From NCBI GenBank assembly GCA_965202615.1, contig OZ241837.1:3343156-3407155 (forward strand): DNA of 64,000 bases, read 5' to 3'. The stretch comes from Arenicellales bacterium (GTDB taxonomy: Bacteria; Pseudomonadota; Gammaproteobacteria; Arenicellales; JAJDZL01). Below, one piece after another: positions 55,541 to 64,000 of this stretch. The translations under genes were made by a program, and so were the position numbers. Each line of letters begins with the position of its first letter. Positions within the stretch are counted from its first letter, which is position 1. The notes under the pieces were generated by a model, which worked only from the letters and a program-made list of their open reading frames with translations, ran no database searches and was not told where the DNA came from.

Positions 55541-56722
55541 ATGAGCAACCTGCAGGAAACATCTGATCTGACAAACACCGTGGCAGTCAGTGCCCGCCGT
55601 TTCGAAGAATCGCCATTTATCGAACGAACCAACAGTCCAGATATGGTGCGCGGCGTTTATGCGGGTCGCTATTTCCCCATATTCATGGGCGAGGACTGGA
55701 TCGAGAAATACTGGTGCCTGCGTCAAAAGGCACTGATTTTTGATGTGCCTGAAAAACCGGTCGAGATAGCGGGTCCGGATGCCGTCCCATTTCTTGACAA
55801 GGTACTGTCTCGAGAAGTTGCTGCGATGTCCGAAGGGCGCGGATATTACGCCATCGCCTGTACGCCGCAAGGCGGGATCTTTATGGATGGCGTGGTATTC
55901 AGACTTGGTGAGGACAGATTCTGGTATGTGCAGGCGGACGGTCCTTTCGAGACATGGTTGATGGCTCATAGCGGCGGCTTTGATGTGACGATTAGCGACC
56001 CCCTTTCACGCGTCATTCAAATCCAGGGACCCGCGTCGCTGGCGATCATGAACTCAGCTTCTGGCGGCACCATTGACGACACCATGAAATACTACCGATC
56101 AGGCTATTTTGATATCGGTGGCCAGACTCTCTATGTATCTCGTACTGGCTTTACCAATGAGCTGGGCTACGAGATCTACTGCGACGGCGCCACAACTGAC
56201 CACTTGGCGCTATGGGATCACCTTATGGACTGCGGTCAACCGTACGGGATGGAATTTTCATCAACCCGCGCTTTAACCATCCGGCGTATCGAGGGCGGGA
56301 TTCTGGGGAATTTAACTGACATGGATATGACCATGACTCCGTTTGAGGCGGGTTTGGCGCCCTTCATCAACATGAACAAGGGCGATTTCATTGGACGCGA
56401 AGCACTGGTCGGCAAGGATCCCAGGTCGTGCCTGTTCGGCTTGACCTGTGCAACCGAAACTCCTGCCGCCGGCAGTGCGGTATCGGATGGTGACAGAGTA
56501 GTCGGTCGCATCACTGCGGGGGTACCATCACCGACGCTGGGCCTTGGGATTGGGTATGTACGATTCAATGCGCCGGGCGAATGGGTTGGACGAAACTTGC
56601 CGATGCGTCTGCCGGATGGCAGTATTCATGAGGGTGAGATCGTCGATCTGCCATTCTTTGACCGTGAAAAGAACATTGCTCGCGGTGTCGATCGAACCAT
56701 ACCGAAGCGCCCGGAAACGTAA
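55541..56722 (+). CDS. GcvT-family aminomethyltransferase-like protein (folate-dependent demethylase type), paralog 1
   Basis: 393 aa with IFDVPEKPVEIAGPDAVPFLDKV, FWYVQADGP, VIQIQGP, YVSRTGFTNELGYEIY and RIEGGIL, the GcvT/DmdA-type layout. Confidence 0.8.
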   Translation: MSNLQETSDLTNTVAVSARRFEESPFIERTNSPDMVRGVYAGRYFPIFMGEDWIEKYWCLRQKALIFDVPEKPVEIAGPDAVPFLDKVLSREVAAMSEGRGYYAIACTPQGGIFMDGVVFRLGEDRFWYVQADGPFETWLMAHSGGFDVTISDPLSRVIQIQGPASLAIMNSASGGTIDDTMKYYRSGYFDIGGQTLYVSRTGFTNELGYEIYCDGATTDHLALWDHLMDCGQPYGMEFSSTRALTIRRIEGGILGNLTDMDMTMTPFEAGLAPFINMNKGDFIGREALVGKDPRSCLFGLTCATETPAAGSAVSDGDRVVGRITAGVPSPTLGLGIGYVRFNAPGEWVGRNLPMRLPDGSIHEGEIVDLPFFDREKNIARGVDRTIPKRPET

Positions 56723-56857
56723 TGAATTGGCTCCCTGCGAAATGGTATGCGACGGCATAGTGGCTGGCTGAAATGACCCGGTTACACAATAATTCCATGG
56801 GGCAACTGCAAATGAATTCAGCAGATCAAGACGCACAGTCAGGAATCAATTAGCGAA

Positions 56858-57718
56858 ATGGCAGAACGCAAACCACGCCCGCGACGGTCGTTTATTTTCA
56901 CACCGGGCTTGCGGCCGGACATGTACCCCAAGGCACTGGTGTCGGGGGCAGACATCGTCTGTGTCGAACTGGAAGACGGGGTTGCGCCGAAAGACAAGGC
57001 CGAAGCGCGAAAGCAGGCACTTGCGCTGTTCCAGCATCCGCAGGCCGATGACGGCGTGGAGCGGATCGTGCGAATTAACTCGATGCGAGAACGCTTCGGC
57101 ATCGAGGACGTTCAAGCAATTCTGGCCAGCAAAACACCGCCGCCTGCACTGATGATGCCCAAGGTCCGCACACCCGACGAGGTGGTACAACTGGATAACC
57201 TGTTGAATGAAGCCGGTCATCACACTTCTTTGCACGTCATCATTGAAACAAATGAAGGGTTGGAAGCTGCCCACGACATTGCATCCTGCTCCGAGCGGAT
57301 AGAAGCAATGTTCTTTGGCGGTGTAGACATGGCCGCCGAGTTGCGCTGCAAGAACGCATGGGAGCCGCTTCTGTACGCACGCGCTCGCGTGGTGCATGCC
57401 GCGGCGAGTGCTGGATTGGACGTGATTGATGTGCCCTATCTCGATTTGGACGATCCGGAGGGCATGGTCGTCGAGGCTGAATTTGCCCGAGATCTGGGGT
57501 TTGCGGGCAAGGGCTCGGTTCATCCCAAGCAAATCGCTGCGTTGAACAAGGTCTTCACACCATCTGAGGATCAGATTGCCCGCGCGCGTCGGATCATTGC
57601 CGAGTTCGAAGCCGCGGATACCGGTCTCGTCGTGATTGACGGCAAACTGATCGAAAAACCGGTTCTGCGCGAGATGCACCGCATTATCGCGATCGCCAAC
57701 CGGATCGAGACAAAATGA
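56858..57718 (+). CDS. HpcH/HpaI aldolase / citrate lyase beta (CitE)-like CoA-ester lyase
   Basis: RRSFIFTPGLRPDMYPKALVSGADIVCVELEDGVAPKDKAEAR, IETNEGL and FAGKGSVHPKQI motifs. Confidence 0.8.
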   Translation: MAERKPRPRRSFIFTPGLRPDMYPKALVSGADIVCVELEDGVAPKDKAEARKQALALFQHPQADDGVERIVRINSMRERFGIEDVQAILASKTPPPALMMPKVRTPDEVVQLDNLLNEAGHHTSLHVIIETNEGLEAAHDIASCSERIEAMFFGGVDMAAELRCKNAWEPLLYARARVVHAAASAGLDVIDVPYLDLDDPEGMVVEAEFARDLGFAGKGSVHPKQIAALNKVFTPSEDQIARARRIIAEFEAADTGLVVIDGKLIEKPVLREMHRIIAIANRIETK

Positions 57719-58032
57719 TAACGTGTCGCGACACCGCTGACGTCGTTGTGCAACGTCCCAGCGCACAGCTTGTTTGCAAACATTGGGGCTCAAATCCAGA
57801 ATATCGATCCTTCGGGCGCAGAGCAATCGCGCTTGGCTCCAAAGCGTTCAAGGAAAAGTCTGTATACGCTCTCCATGAGTGATTCGAGCAAGACACACAG
57901 CAAAAAACATCGACGACTTGCGCAAGACGAGTTGAACGGTGTCATTTTAGATTCATTTCCCGGATCTGTTGGAAGCCCAGCGGCGTATAGCCGTGACAAT
58001 GGAATTTCACTCAATGATCCGATGGTTTCAGA

Positions 58033-59679
58033 ATGAAGTTTGACTACATCATTGTTGGCGCTGGATCAGCGGGGTGCGTGCTGGCCGAACGACTGAGTTC
58101 CGATGCTCGAACTGAGGTATTGCTGCTGGAGGCGGGCCCCGACAACAACGCGCTGTCGTTGAAAATGCCCGCGGCCATGCTCTCCAATCTGAACAGCACA
58201 AAGCACAACTGGGCTTTCGTGGGGGAACCGGAGCCCGAGTTAAATGGCCGACAGCTGCAGCATGACCGGGGAAAAACACTGGGTGGTTCGTCGTCGATCA
58301 ACGGCATGGTGTTTATACGCGGACACGCAATGGACTTTGATGGCTGGAAGCAAACCGGATGCGAGGGTTGGGGGTACGCGGACGTATTGCCCTACTTCAA
58401 GCGAATGGAGACCTATTCTGGCGGTGAGGATAATTATCGAGGGGGCAGTGGACCAATGCATGTTCAACGCGCCACCCCGGATCATCCACTGGTTCAAGCC
58501 TTTTTGAAATCCGGGGAGGAGGCAGGCTATCCGCTTACTGACGACATCAACGGCTACACGCAAGAAGGTTTTGGTTTGCTGGACTCCTCCATCTTTCGCG
58601 GCGAACGCTGGAGTGCGGCACGCGGCTATCTCGACCGAGCCCGAGCCCGGCCCAACCTGACCATTCAGACCGGGGCGCACGTACTGAAACTCAACATCGA
58701 CAAGAACCGCGCGACTGGCGTAACCTATTCTCGGCATGGCCAAAGCATCAGTGCGCATGCGCATAAGGAGGTCATACTGTGTGCTGGTGCTGTCGGCACA
58801 CCGCAGATTCTGATGATTTCCGGAATTGGGCCGGCCGCTCATCTTAAGGAGGTTGGCATCGACGTCGTGCTTGACCTTCCCGGTGTCGGACAGAACCTGA
58901 ACGACCACCCTGATTTTGTACTGCAATACGAGTGTCTGAAACCTGTCACTCTCTGGCCAAAGACCAGGCTGGCTGGACGCACAGCCGCTGGTCTGCGCTG
59001 GCTGTTGACGCGGCGTGGTATATGCGCATCCAACCATTTTGAAGCGGTCGCATGCATCCGTTCCGCTCCCGGTGTTGATTATCCCGATCTTCAGCTTACG
59101 ATTACACCCATTGCCGTGGATAACCAGACATGGGCGACGATCCGAAAGCATGCTTTTCAGATTCACCTCGGCCTGATGCGAGCGCACAGCCGCGGCAGGA
59201 TCGAGTTGCGCAATTCTGACCCCTATAGCCCTCCGCGCATTTTAGTCAACTACATGAAGGACGCTCGCGATAGGGATAAACTACATTCAGGTATCCGCCT
59301 GGTGCGCGAATTGGTCGAACAGCCAGCATTCAGCGAGTTATGCGGAGAAGAATTATTTCCTGGCACAGATGCGCGAAGCGATGTTGACCTGGACAGATTC
59401 CTTAATGCGTACTGCTACTCACAATGGCATTTGTCTGGCACCGCGCGGATGGGTGCGAAAGATGACAACGGAGCGGTCGTCGACAGCCAGGCTCGGGTAC
59501 ATGGCCTGCAAAGCCTTCGCGTGGTGGATGCTTCGATCATGCCATGCGTGACAAACGGCAACACAAATTGCCCCACCATCATGATCGCGGAAAAGTTGGG
59601 GGACGTAATTTTAGGGCTCGACCCGCTGCCAGCCATCGATGCCGAGGTTTGGCAAAATCCGGACTACCCAAACTGTTAG
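58033..59679 (+). CDS. GMC-family FAD oxidoreductase (choline dehydrogenase-like), second copy in window
   Basis: YIIVGAGSAGCVLAERLS, GKTLGGSSSINGMVFIRG and HLSGTARMG...VVDASIMP. Confidence 0.9.
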   Translation: MKFDYIIVGAGSAGCVLAERLSSDARTEVLLLEAGPDNNALSLKMPAAMLSNLNSTKHNWAFVGEPEPELNGRQLQHDRGKTLGGSSSINGMVFIRGHAMDFDGWKQTGCEGWGYADVLPYFKRMETYSGGEDNYRGGSGPMHVQRATPDHPLVQAFLKSGEEAGYPLTDDINGYTQEGFGLLDSSIFRGERWSAARGYLDRARARPNLTIQTGAHVLKLNIDKNRATGVTYSRHGQSISAHAHKEVILCAGAVGTPQILMISGIGPAAHLKEVGIDVVLDLPGVGQNLNDHPDFVLQYECLKPVTLWPKTRLAGRTAAGLRWLLTRRGICASNHFEAVACIRSAPGVDYPDLQLTITPIAVDNQTWATIRKHAFQIHLGLMRAHSRGRIELRNSDPYSPPRILVNYMKDARDRDKLHSGIRLVRELVEQPAFSELCGEELFPGTDARSDVDLDRFLNAYCYSQWHLSGTARMGAKDDNGAVVDSQARVHGLQSLRVVDASIMPCVTNGNTNCPTIMIAEKLGDVILGLDPLPAIDAEVWQNPDYPNC

Positions 59680-59715
59680 CGATAGCAAACACACGCGGCG
59701 CAAAGGAGATTTCAA

Positions 59716-60117
59716 ATGATTGGATACGTGATGGTTGGGAGCAATGATCTGGATCGGTCCTTGGCATTCTATGACGCCATTCTCGCTCCACTTGGTCTAA
59801 CTCAAGTGTGTCGAACCGAAAACTATCTCGCTTATGCGCCTGAGTCTGATCCTGAAGCAATAGAATTTTATGTCACTTTGCCCTACGACGGAGGTTCATG
59901 TACCTACGGCAATGGAACCATGATCGCTTTTGCCGCACCGACGGTTCAGGCTCTCGATCAGTTTCACGCCATCGGCCAGCAAAGCGGTGGCACCGACGAA
60001 GGTGCGCCTGGTCCACGCGAGGACGGAAGCAACATCTGTTACGCTTATTTGCGCGACCCCGAGGGAAACAAGATATGCGCTTTCTGTGCTGATCCGAATA
60101 GACAGGCAGCGCTTTGA
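59716..60117 (+). CDS. VOC (glyoxalase/bleomycin-resistance/dioxygenase) family protein
   Basis: 133 aa with MIGYVMVGSNDLDRSLAFYDAILAPLG and a C-terminal YLRDPEGNKI, which is typical of small VOC proteins. Confidence 0.75.
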   Translation: MIGYVMVGSNDLDRSLAFYDAILAPLGLTQVCRTENYLAYAPESDPEAIEFYVTLPYDGGSCTYGNGTMIAFAAPTVQALDQFHAIGQQSGGTDEGAPGPREDGSNICYAYLRDPEGNKICAFCADPNRQAAL

Positions 60118-61283
60118 ACGATTATCCCTCACTTGACCCGGCCCGAATATTTCCGACCTACGTGGGCAGCAACGAGTTGTCACCATTTCATGAGTGCTAC
60201 GCAAACGAACACACGATACTGCGCTTGGCAGTCGGTCGGTTTTTCGTCCACCATAACGGTGATGATCCGGTGGCAGGATATTGGGCTTTACGCCGCAATG
60301 CCGCACTGTTTGACGTGCCGGAACGACCCATAGAGATTTCGGGTCCGGATGCGGCAGCGTTTCTGGAACAAATTCTCACCCGGCGAATTGCCGATATGAA
60401 GCTTGGTCAGGGGCGTTATGTGCTGGCATGCACGCATCAGGGCGGTCTTTTCATGGACGGCATCCTGTTTCGATTGGGGAACGCCCGGTTCTGGTTCGTG
60501 CAACCCGACGGTGACCTCGACACCTGGCTTATGGCGCATCGCACAGGGTTTGACGTGACTGTATCCGATCCTCAGTCCCGCGTATTGCAGCTTCAGGGGC
60601 CGAAATCCTACCAAGTCATGCACATGGCCACGAGCGGTGCATTGGACGAATCCTTCAGGTATTTCCGCATTGGAACATTTAACTTCGGCGGTCAGGATGT
60701 CTATGTCTCGCGCACCGGCTGGACCGGCGAGCTGGGGTATGAAATTTATACGTTGGGAGACTCAACGGACTGTCCGCGACTGTGGGATCATCTGATGAGC
60801 ATCGGGGTGTCAGTGGGTACAGTCTTCAGTTCAATGCAGTCGATGAACATTCGCCGAATCGAGGCAGGCATACTGGATAGCGGCAGCGACTTCGATAGTA
60901 CCATGACGCCCTTTGAGGCAGGGTTGGACAGGTTCGTTGATCTGAGCAAGGGCGACTTCATCGGCCGCGACTCCCTGGTGAATGCCAGGCGCGGCACGCG
61001 TATCTATGGATTACGTTGTGAGGACGCGACACCGAGCAGTGGTGACCTGGTGCTTGACGCGGGCAACTTGGTCGGCCGTGTCACCACCGGCGCTTATTCT
61101 CCCTTTCTTGAGGCGGGAATTGGCTATGTCCGTTTTGACTGCCCAGGACAATGGTGCGACAAAACGCTTGACCTGCACTCCGCACGGTATGGCGACAACA
61201 TCTGCAAGATCAGCAATTTGCCCTTCTATGACACACAAAAACGTCTGCCCCGCTCGCTGACTGGTGAAGGTAGTGCTTCGTAG
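60114..61283 (+). CDS. GcvT-family aminomethyltransferase-like protein, paralog 2
   Basis: 389 aa, colinear with paralog 1 (LFDVPERPIEISGPDAAAFLEQI, FWFVQPDGD, VLQLQGP, YVSRTGWTGELGYEIY, RIEAGIL). The TTG start overlaps the VOC stop and is uncertain. Confidence 0.8.
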   Translation: MNDYPSLDPARIFPTYVGSNELSPFHECYANEHTILRLAVGRFFVHHNGDDPVAGYWALRRNAALFDVPERPIEISGPDAAAFLEQILTRRIADMKLGQGRYVLACTHQGGLFMDGILFRLGNARFWFVQPDGDLDTWLMAHRTGFDVTVSDPQSRVLQLQGPKSYQVMHMATSGALDESFRYFRIGTFNFGGQDVYVSRTGWTGELGYEIYTLGDSTDCPRLWDHLMSIGVSVGTVFSSMQSMNIRRIEAGILDSGSDFDSTMTPFEAGLDRFVDLSKGDFIGRDSLVNARRGTRIYGLRCEDATPSSGDLVLDAGNLVGRVTTGAYSPFLEAGIGYVRFDCPGQWCDKTLDLHSARYGDNICKISNLPFYDTQKRLPRSLTGEGSAS

Positions 61284-61695
61284 TGCCGATGCTGCTCAAT
61301 CATTTGGTGACAATGGTTGGCATTGATCTTCAAACAGGAATGCAGGCCATCTCTAGCTAGACTAGCCTCTACAATTCGCCTTAGCCGCTACCAAACGGAA
61401 ACGACGGTTGTTGGGTGAGATTTGCACCCACCAGAGAAAAAGCGCCATTCCACAGCGCACGAGCGATTCTGGTTATCCTGTCTTGAATCGGGCACGCTGT
61501 TGCCTAAATTGAACGTCAGAAAGTTGGACTTGCTTTTTACAAGTATCGAAATTGGCAACAGTGAAACAATAACGTAATTTCTGTTAACAGAAGATGCCGC
61601 TGCGTAGCTATGCCAGCAAAAGTTCTTTGAGCAAATTCAGACGATGTGTTGCTCTGTCAAACGCGATGCTCGACGACCTGATTAATGTTCAGCAA

Positions 61696-63102
61696 TTAGA
61701 TCTTGCGCCAGGTGCTGGTCCCGTCGGAACGGTCCTCAATTTCAACACCGAGGTCCGCCAGTTGTTTCCTCAGATCATCTGCAAGCTGCCATTGTTTATC
61801 GCGACGCGCCTGTTCTCGCTGAAGAACCAAATCGCGAATTCCATCGTCGTCTCCCGACTGCTCAATTCCCAAATACCGCGCCGCATCCAATTTCACAATT
61901 CCCAAGGCATCAGTCAATTCCCGCAGAGTACGGTGCAATCGTCCAACAGTTTCTTCCGATTCAGCGCTGAGTGCGCGATTGAGCTCTCGAACACAGTCAA
62001 ATACCACTGCCAACGCATCTGATGTGTTGAAGTCATCATCCATCGCGTGACGAAATCTTGAAGTGAATGCATGATCTGATTGTTGAGCCAAGGCCACCTG
62101 CGACTGTTCAGCTTTATGTATTGCCAGATAAATGCGATCCAGTGCAGACTTCGCATTCTTAAGCAGACTTTCGCTGTAACTGAGTGGGCTCCGATAGTGG
62201 CTCATCAGGAACATGAAACGCAGGTTTTCCCCCATTCGCTCCTGATCCTCATCCATTGCAAGTATTTCTCGAATCGTCAGGAAGTTCTTCAACGATTTGG
62301 ACATTTTCTGGGTGTCAATTTCCAAATAGCCGTTATGCATCCAAACGTTGACAAATTTTTCTTCCGTTGCCGCTTCTGACTGGGCAATTTCATTCTCGTG
62401 ATGGGGAAACTGCAGATCCAGACCGCCGCCATGGATGTCAAAATGATTGCCGAGCAAACTGGTGGACATGGCGGAACATTCAATATGCCACCCGGGTCGT
62501 CCCTTGCCCCACGGTGAGTCCCAACTCGGCTCACTTGGTTTCGAGCTCTTCCACAAAACAAAATCCAACGGATCGTCTTTCATCTCATCGGCAGCAACCC
62601 TGGCACCAACCATCATATCGTTCAGACACCCGCCTGACAAACAGCCATAGTTCTCAAAACGACGGACGCGATAGTAAACATCGCCGTTAGCAGCCGCATA
62701 GGCATACTCCCGTTCGACCAAGACTGAAATCATGTCGATGATCTGAGGAATGTATTCAGTCGCACGGGGTTCGAAATCCGGCGGTATCGTCGACAACGCT
62801 TCGAGATCTTCGTTCATATAGCCGATGAAACGATCTGTCAACGAGTCAATGGGTACACCAAGCTCATTTGCCCGATCGATTATTTTGTCGTCGATGTCTG
62901 TAATATTGCGGACGTAAACAACCTCATAACCGCGATAGCGCAGATAACGCACAATCGCGTCAAATCCGACCATTACCCTGGCGTGTCCCAAGTGGCAATA
63001 GTCATACACCGTCATCCCGCACACATACAGGCGTACGCGGTTGTGCTCAATTGGAGTGAACTCCTCTTTCTGTCCTGTAAGGCTGTTATGAATCTTCAAC
63101 AT
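61696..63102 (-). CDS. cysS: Cysteine--tRNA ligase
   Basis: HIGH motif (CHLGHAR) and KMSKS motif (KMSKSLKN). The start at MLKIHNSLTG (63102) is preferred over 63177. Confidence 0.95.
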   Translation of the reverse strand: MLKIHNSLTGQKEEFTPIEHNRVRLYVCGMTVYDYCHLGHARVMVGFDAIVRYLRYRGYEVVYVRNITDIDDKIIDRANELGVPIDSLTDRFIGYMNEDLEALSTIPPDFEPRATEYIPQIIDMISVLVEREYAYAAANGDVYYRVRRFENYGCLSGGCLNDMMVGARVAADEMKDDPLDFVLWKSSKPSEPSWDSPWGKGRPGWHIECSAMSTSLLGNHFDIHGGGLDLQFPHHENEIAQSEAATEEKFVNVWMHNGYLEIDTQKMSKSLKNFLTIREILAMDEDQERMGENLRFMFLMSHYRSPLSYSESLLKNAKSALDRIYLAIHKAEQSQVALAQQSDHAFTSRFRHAMDDDFNTSDALAVVFDCVRELNRALSAESEETVGRLHRTLRELTDALGIVKLDAARYLGIEQSGDDDGIRDLVLQREQARRDKQWQLADDLRKQLADLGVEIEDRSDGTSTWRKI

Positions 63103-63369
63103 GAATCTGCTGAGAATGGAAGGACCCTGTAATGAGCGTTCTGCCACCCATAAAACCGCCCTATTATAATTGTCCAAGCATTGTCAGTACTGCTGTTAGA
63201 AATCACAGTAGTGCATGGAATCTGTTATGAAGACAGTCTGCGCGATGATGCCGATTTCTTACGCACCTGCTGTTGTTTGAGCAATCGGTCTAGTGTCTTT
63301 TCTGAGCGACTATCACCGCTAGCCATATAGGTTGGAAATTCCGTCTCCCAAGCAATTTGTCCAGTTCTT

Positions 63370-64000
63370 ATGACCGTTTACTTTCTATCCGATACGCACC
63401 TGTCCCCCGAATTTCCGGATATCTACGACAAATTTGTTCGCTACCTGAAATCCATTCAAGCGAGCGCCGACGAATTGTACATACTCGGCGATCTGTTTGA
63501 CTACTGGATAGGAGACGATGGAATTGATCTGCTAGGGCACAACCGTGCCGCAGACGCATTGGCGGATTTGGCGGCGTCCAGCACAAAAATTTCTGTGATG
63601 CACGGAAATCGGGATTTTTTGATCGGACAACAGTTCATTGACCAGATCAATGCCTCACTGATTCCCGACCCGACCACAATCGAGTTGAACGGTCAAACGG
63701 TTCTGCTGATGCACGGAGACAGTCTTTGCACCGATGACATCGAACATCAGGAGTATCGAAAAACCGTACTGTCTCCAAAATGGCAGGAATCAGTGCTCAA
63801 ATTGCCGATCTCAGAACGGTTGTCACAGGCACAACACATGCGTTCGGAAAGCAAAAAAAACAAAAAGGCAAAAAGCTCTGTCCTGATGGATGTGAATGAG
63901 AATGCCGTTAAAGAGATTATGAAAGAATTCGATGTGCGCATACTCATCCACGGACATACACACCGCCCGGCAGTACACAATTTCACGTTGAACGGCAAAA
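63370..64000 (+). CDS. lpxH: UDP-2,3-diacylglucosamine hydrolase, 3' end outside window
   Basis: This ORF is absent from the ORF track because it has no stop in the window. My translation reads MTVYFLSDTHL...LYILGDLFDYWIGDD...MHGNRDFL...LMHGDSLCTDD...LIHGHTHRPAVH, all calcineurin-like LpxH motifs. Confidence 0.9.
   Translation, partial: MTVYFLSDTHLSPEFPDIYDKFVRYLKSIQASADELYILGDLFDYWIGDDGIDLLGHNRAADALADLAASSTKISVMHGNRDFLIGQQFIDQINASLIPDPTTIELNGQTVLLMHGDSLCTDDIEHQEYRKTVLSPKWQESVLKLPISERLSQAQHMRSESKKNKKAKSSVLMDVNENAVKEIMKEFDVRILIHGHTHRPAVHNFTLNGK

Noticed and set aside
55259-59187. Long minus-strand ORFs (236, 326 and 315 aa) opposite the GcvT-like, CitE-like and GMC genes
   Set aside because: The plus-strand genes carry clear family motifs. 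The antisense translations are Arg/Cys/His-rich with no motifs, which is typical of stop-poor shadow frames in G+C-rich coding DNA.

Overview
This 64-kb window looks like a gammaproteobacterial chromosome, probably marine. That is an inference from gene content and synteny (ilvIHC-pssA, rnhA-dnaQ, cysS/lpxH, TRAP, Liv-type and Pot-type transporters), and no database search was possible. The housekeeping backbone comprises crcB, dnaQ, rnhA, mltD, a family-4 UDG, leuA, pssA, psd, ilvC, ilvH, ilvI, cysS and lpxH (open at the 3' edge). Transport and energy genes comprise Pot-type ABC permeases, a TRAP system, a 10-gene Mrp-like antiporter cluster, and one Liv-type binding protein followed by two full permease/ATPase sets. 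Four accessory patches interrupt the backbone. (1) 6.9-17.1 kb: a dead RelE-like TA pair and integrase fragments with diverged partial duplicates. It also holds a tightly coupled operon of an M19 dipeptidase with 575-aa and 247-aa unknowns, an amidase, and an FAD-oxidoreductase/SABATH-type methyltransferase pair. (2) 25.1-26.0 kb: a HEPN/MNT pair. (3) 41.7-47.7 kb, between leuA and pssA: an IS1634-family element, five 22-bp-phased iteron-like repeats, an AAA+ ATPase with a nuclease-like C-terminus, and a 586-aa methyltransferase-HNH fusion protein. (4) 52.8-61.3 kb: an ISKra4-like element with a 7-bp target duplication and an A9 frameshift site, a DUF433 remnant pair, and a G+C-richer island with two GcvT-family paralogs. 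My best candidates for undescribed biology are the methyltransferase-HNH fusion with its iteron-bearing islet and the dipeptidase/575-aa/247-aa operon. No rRNA, tRNA or CRISPR array was seen.
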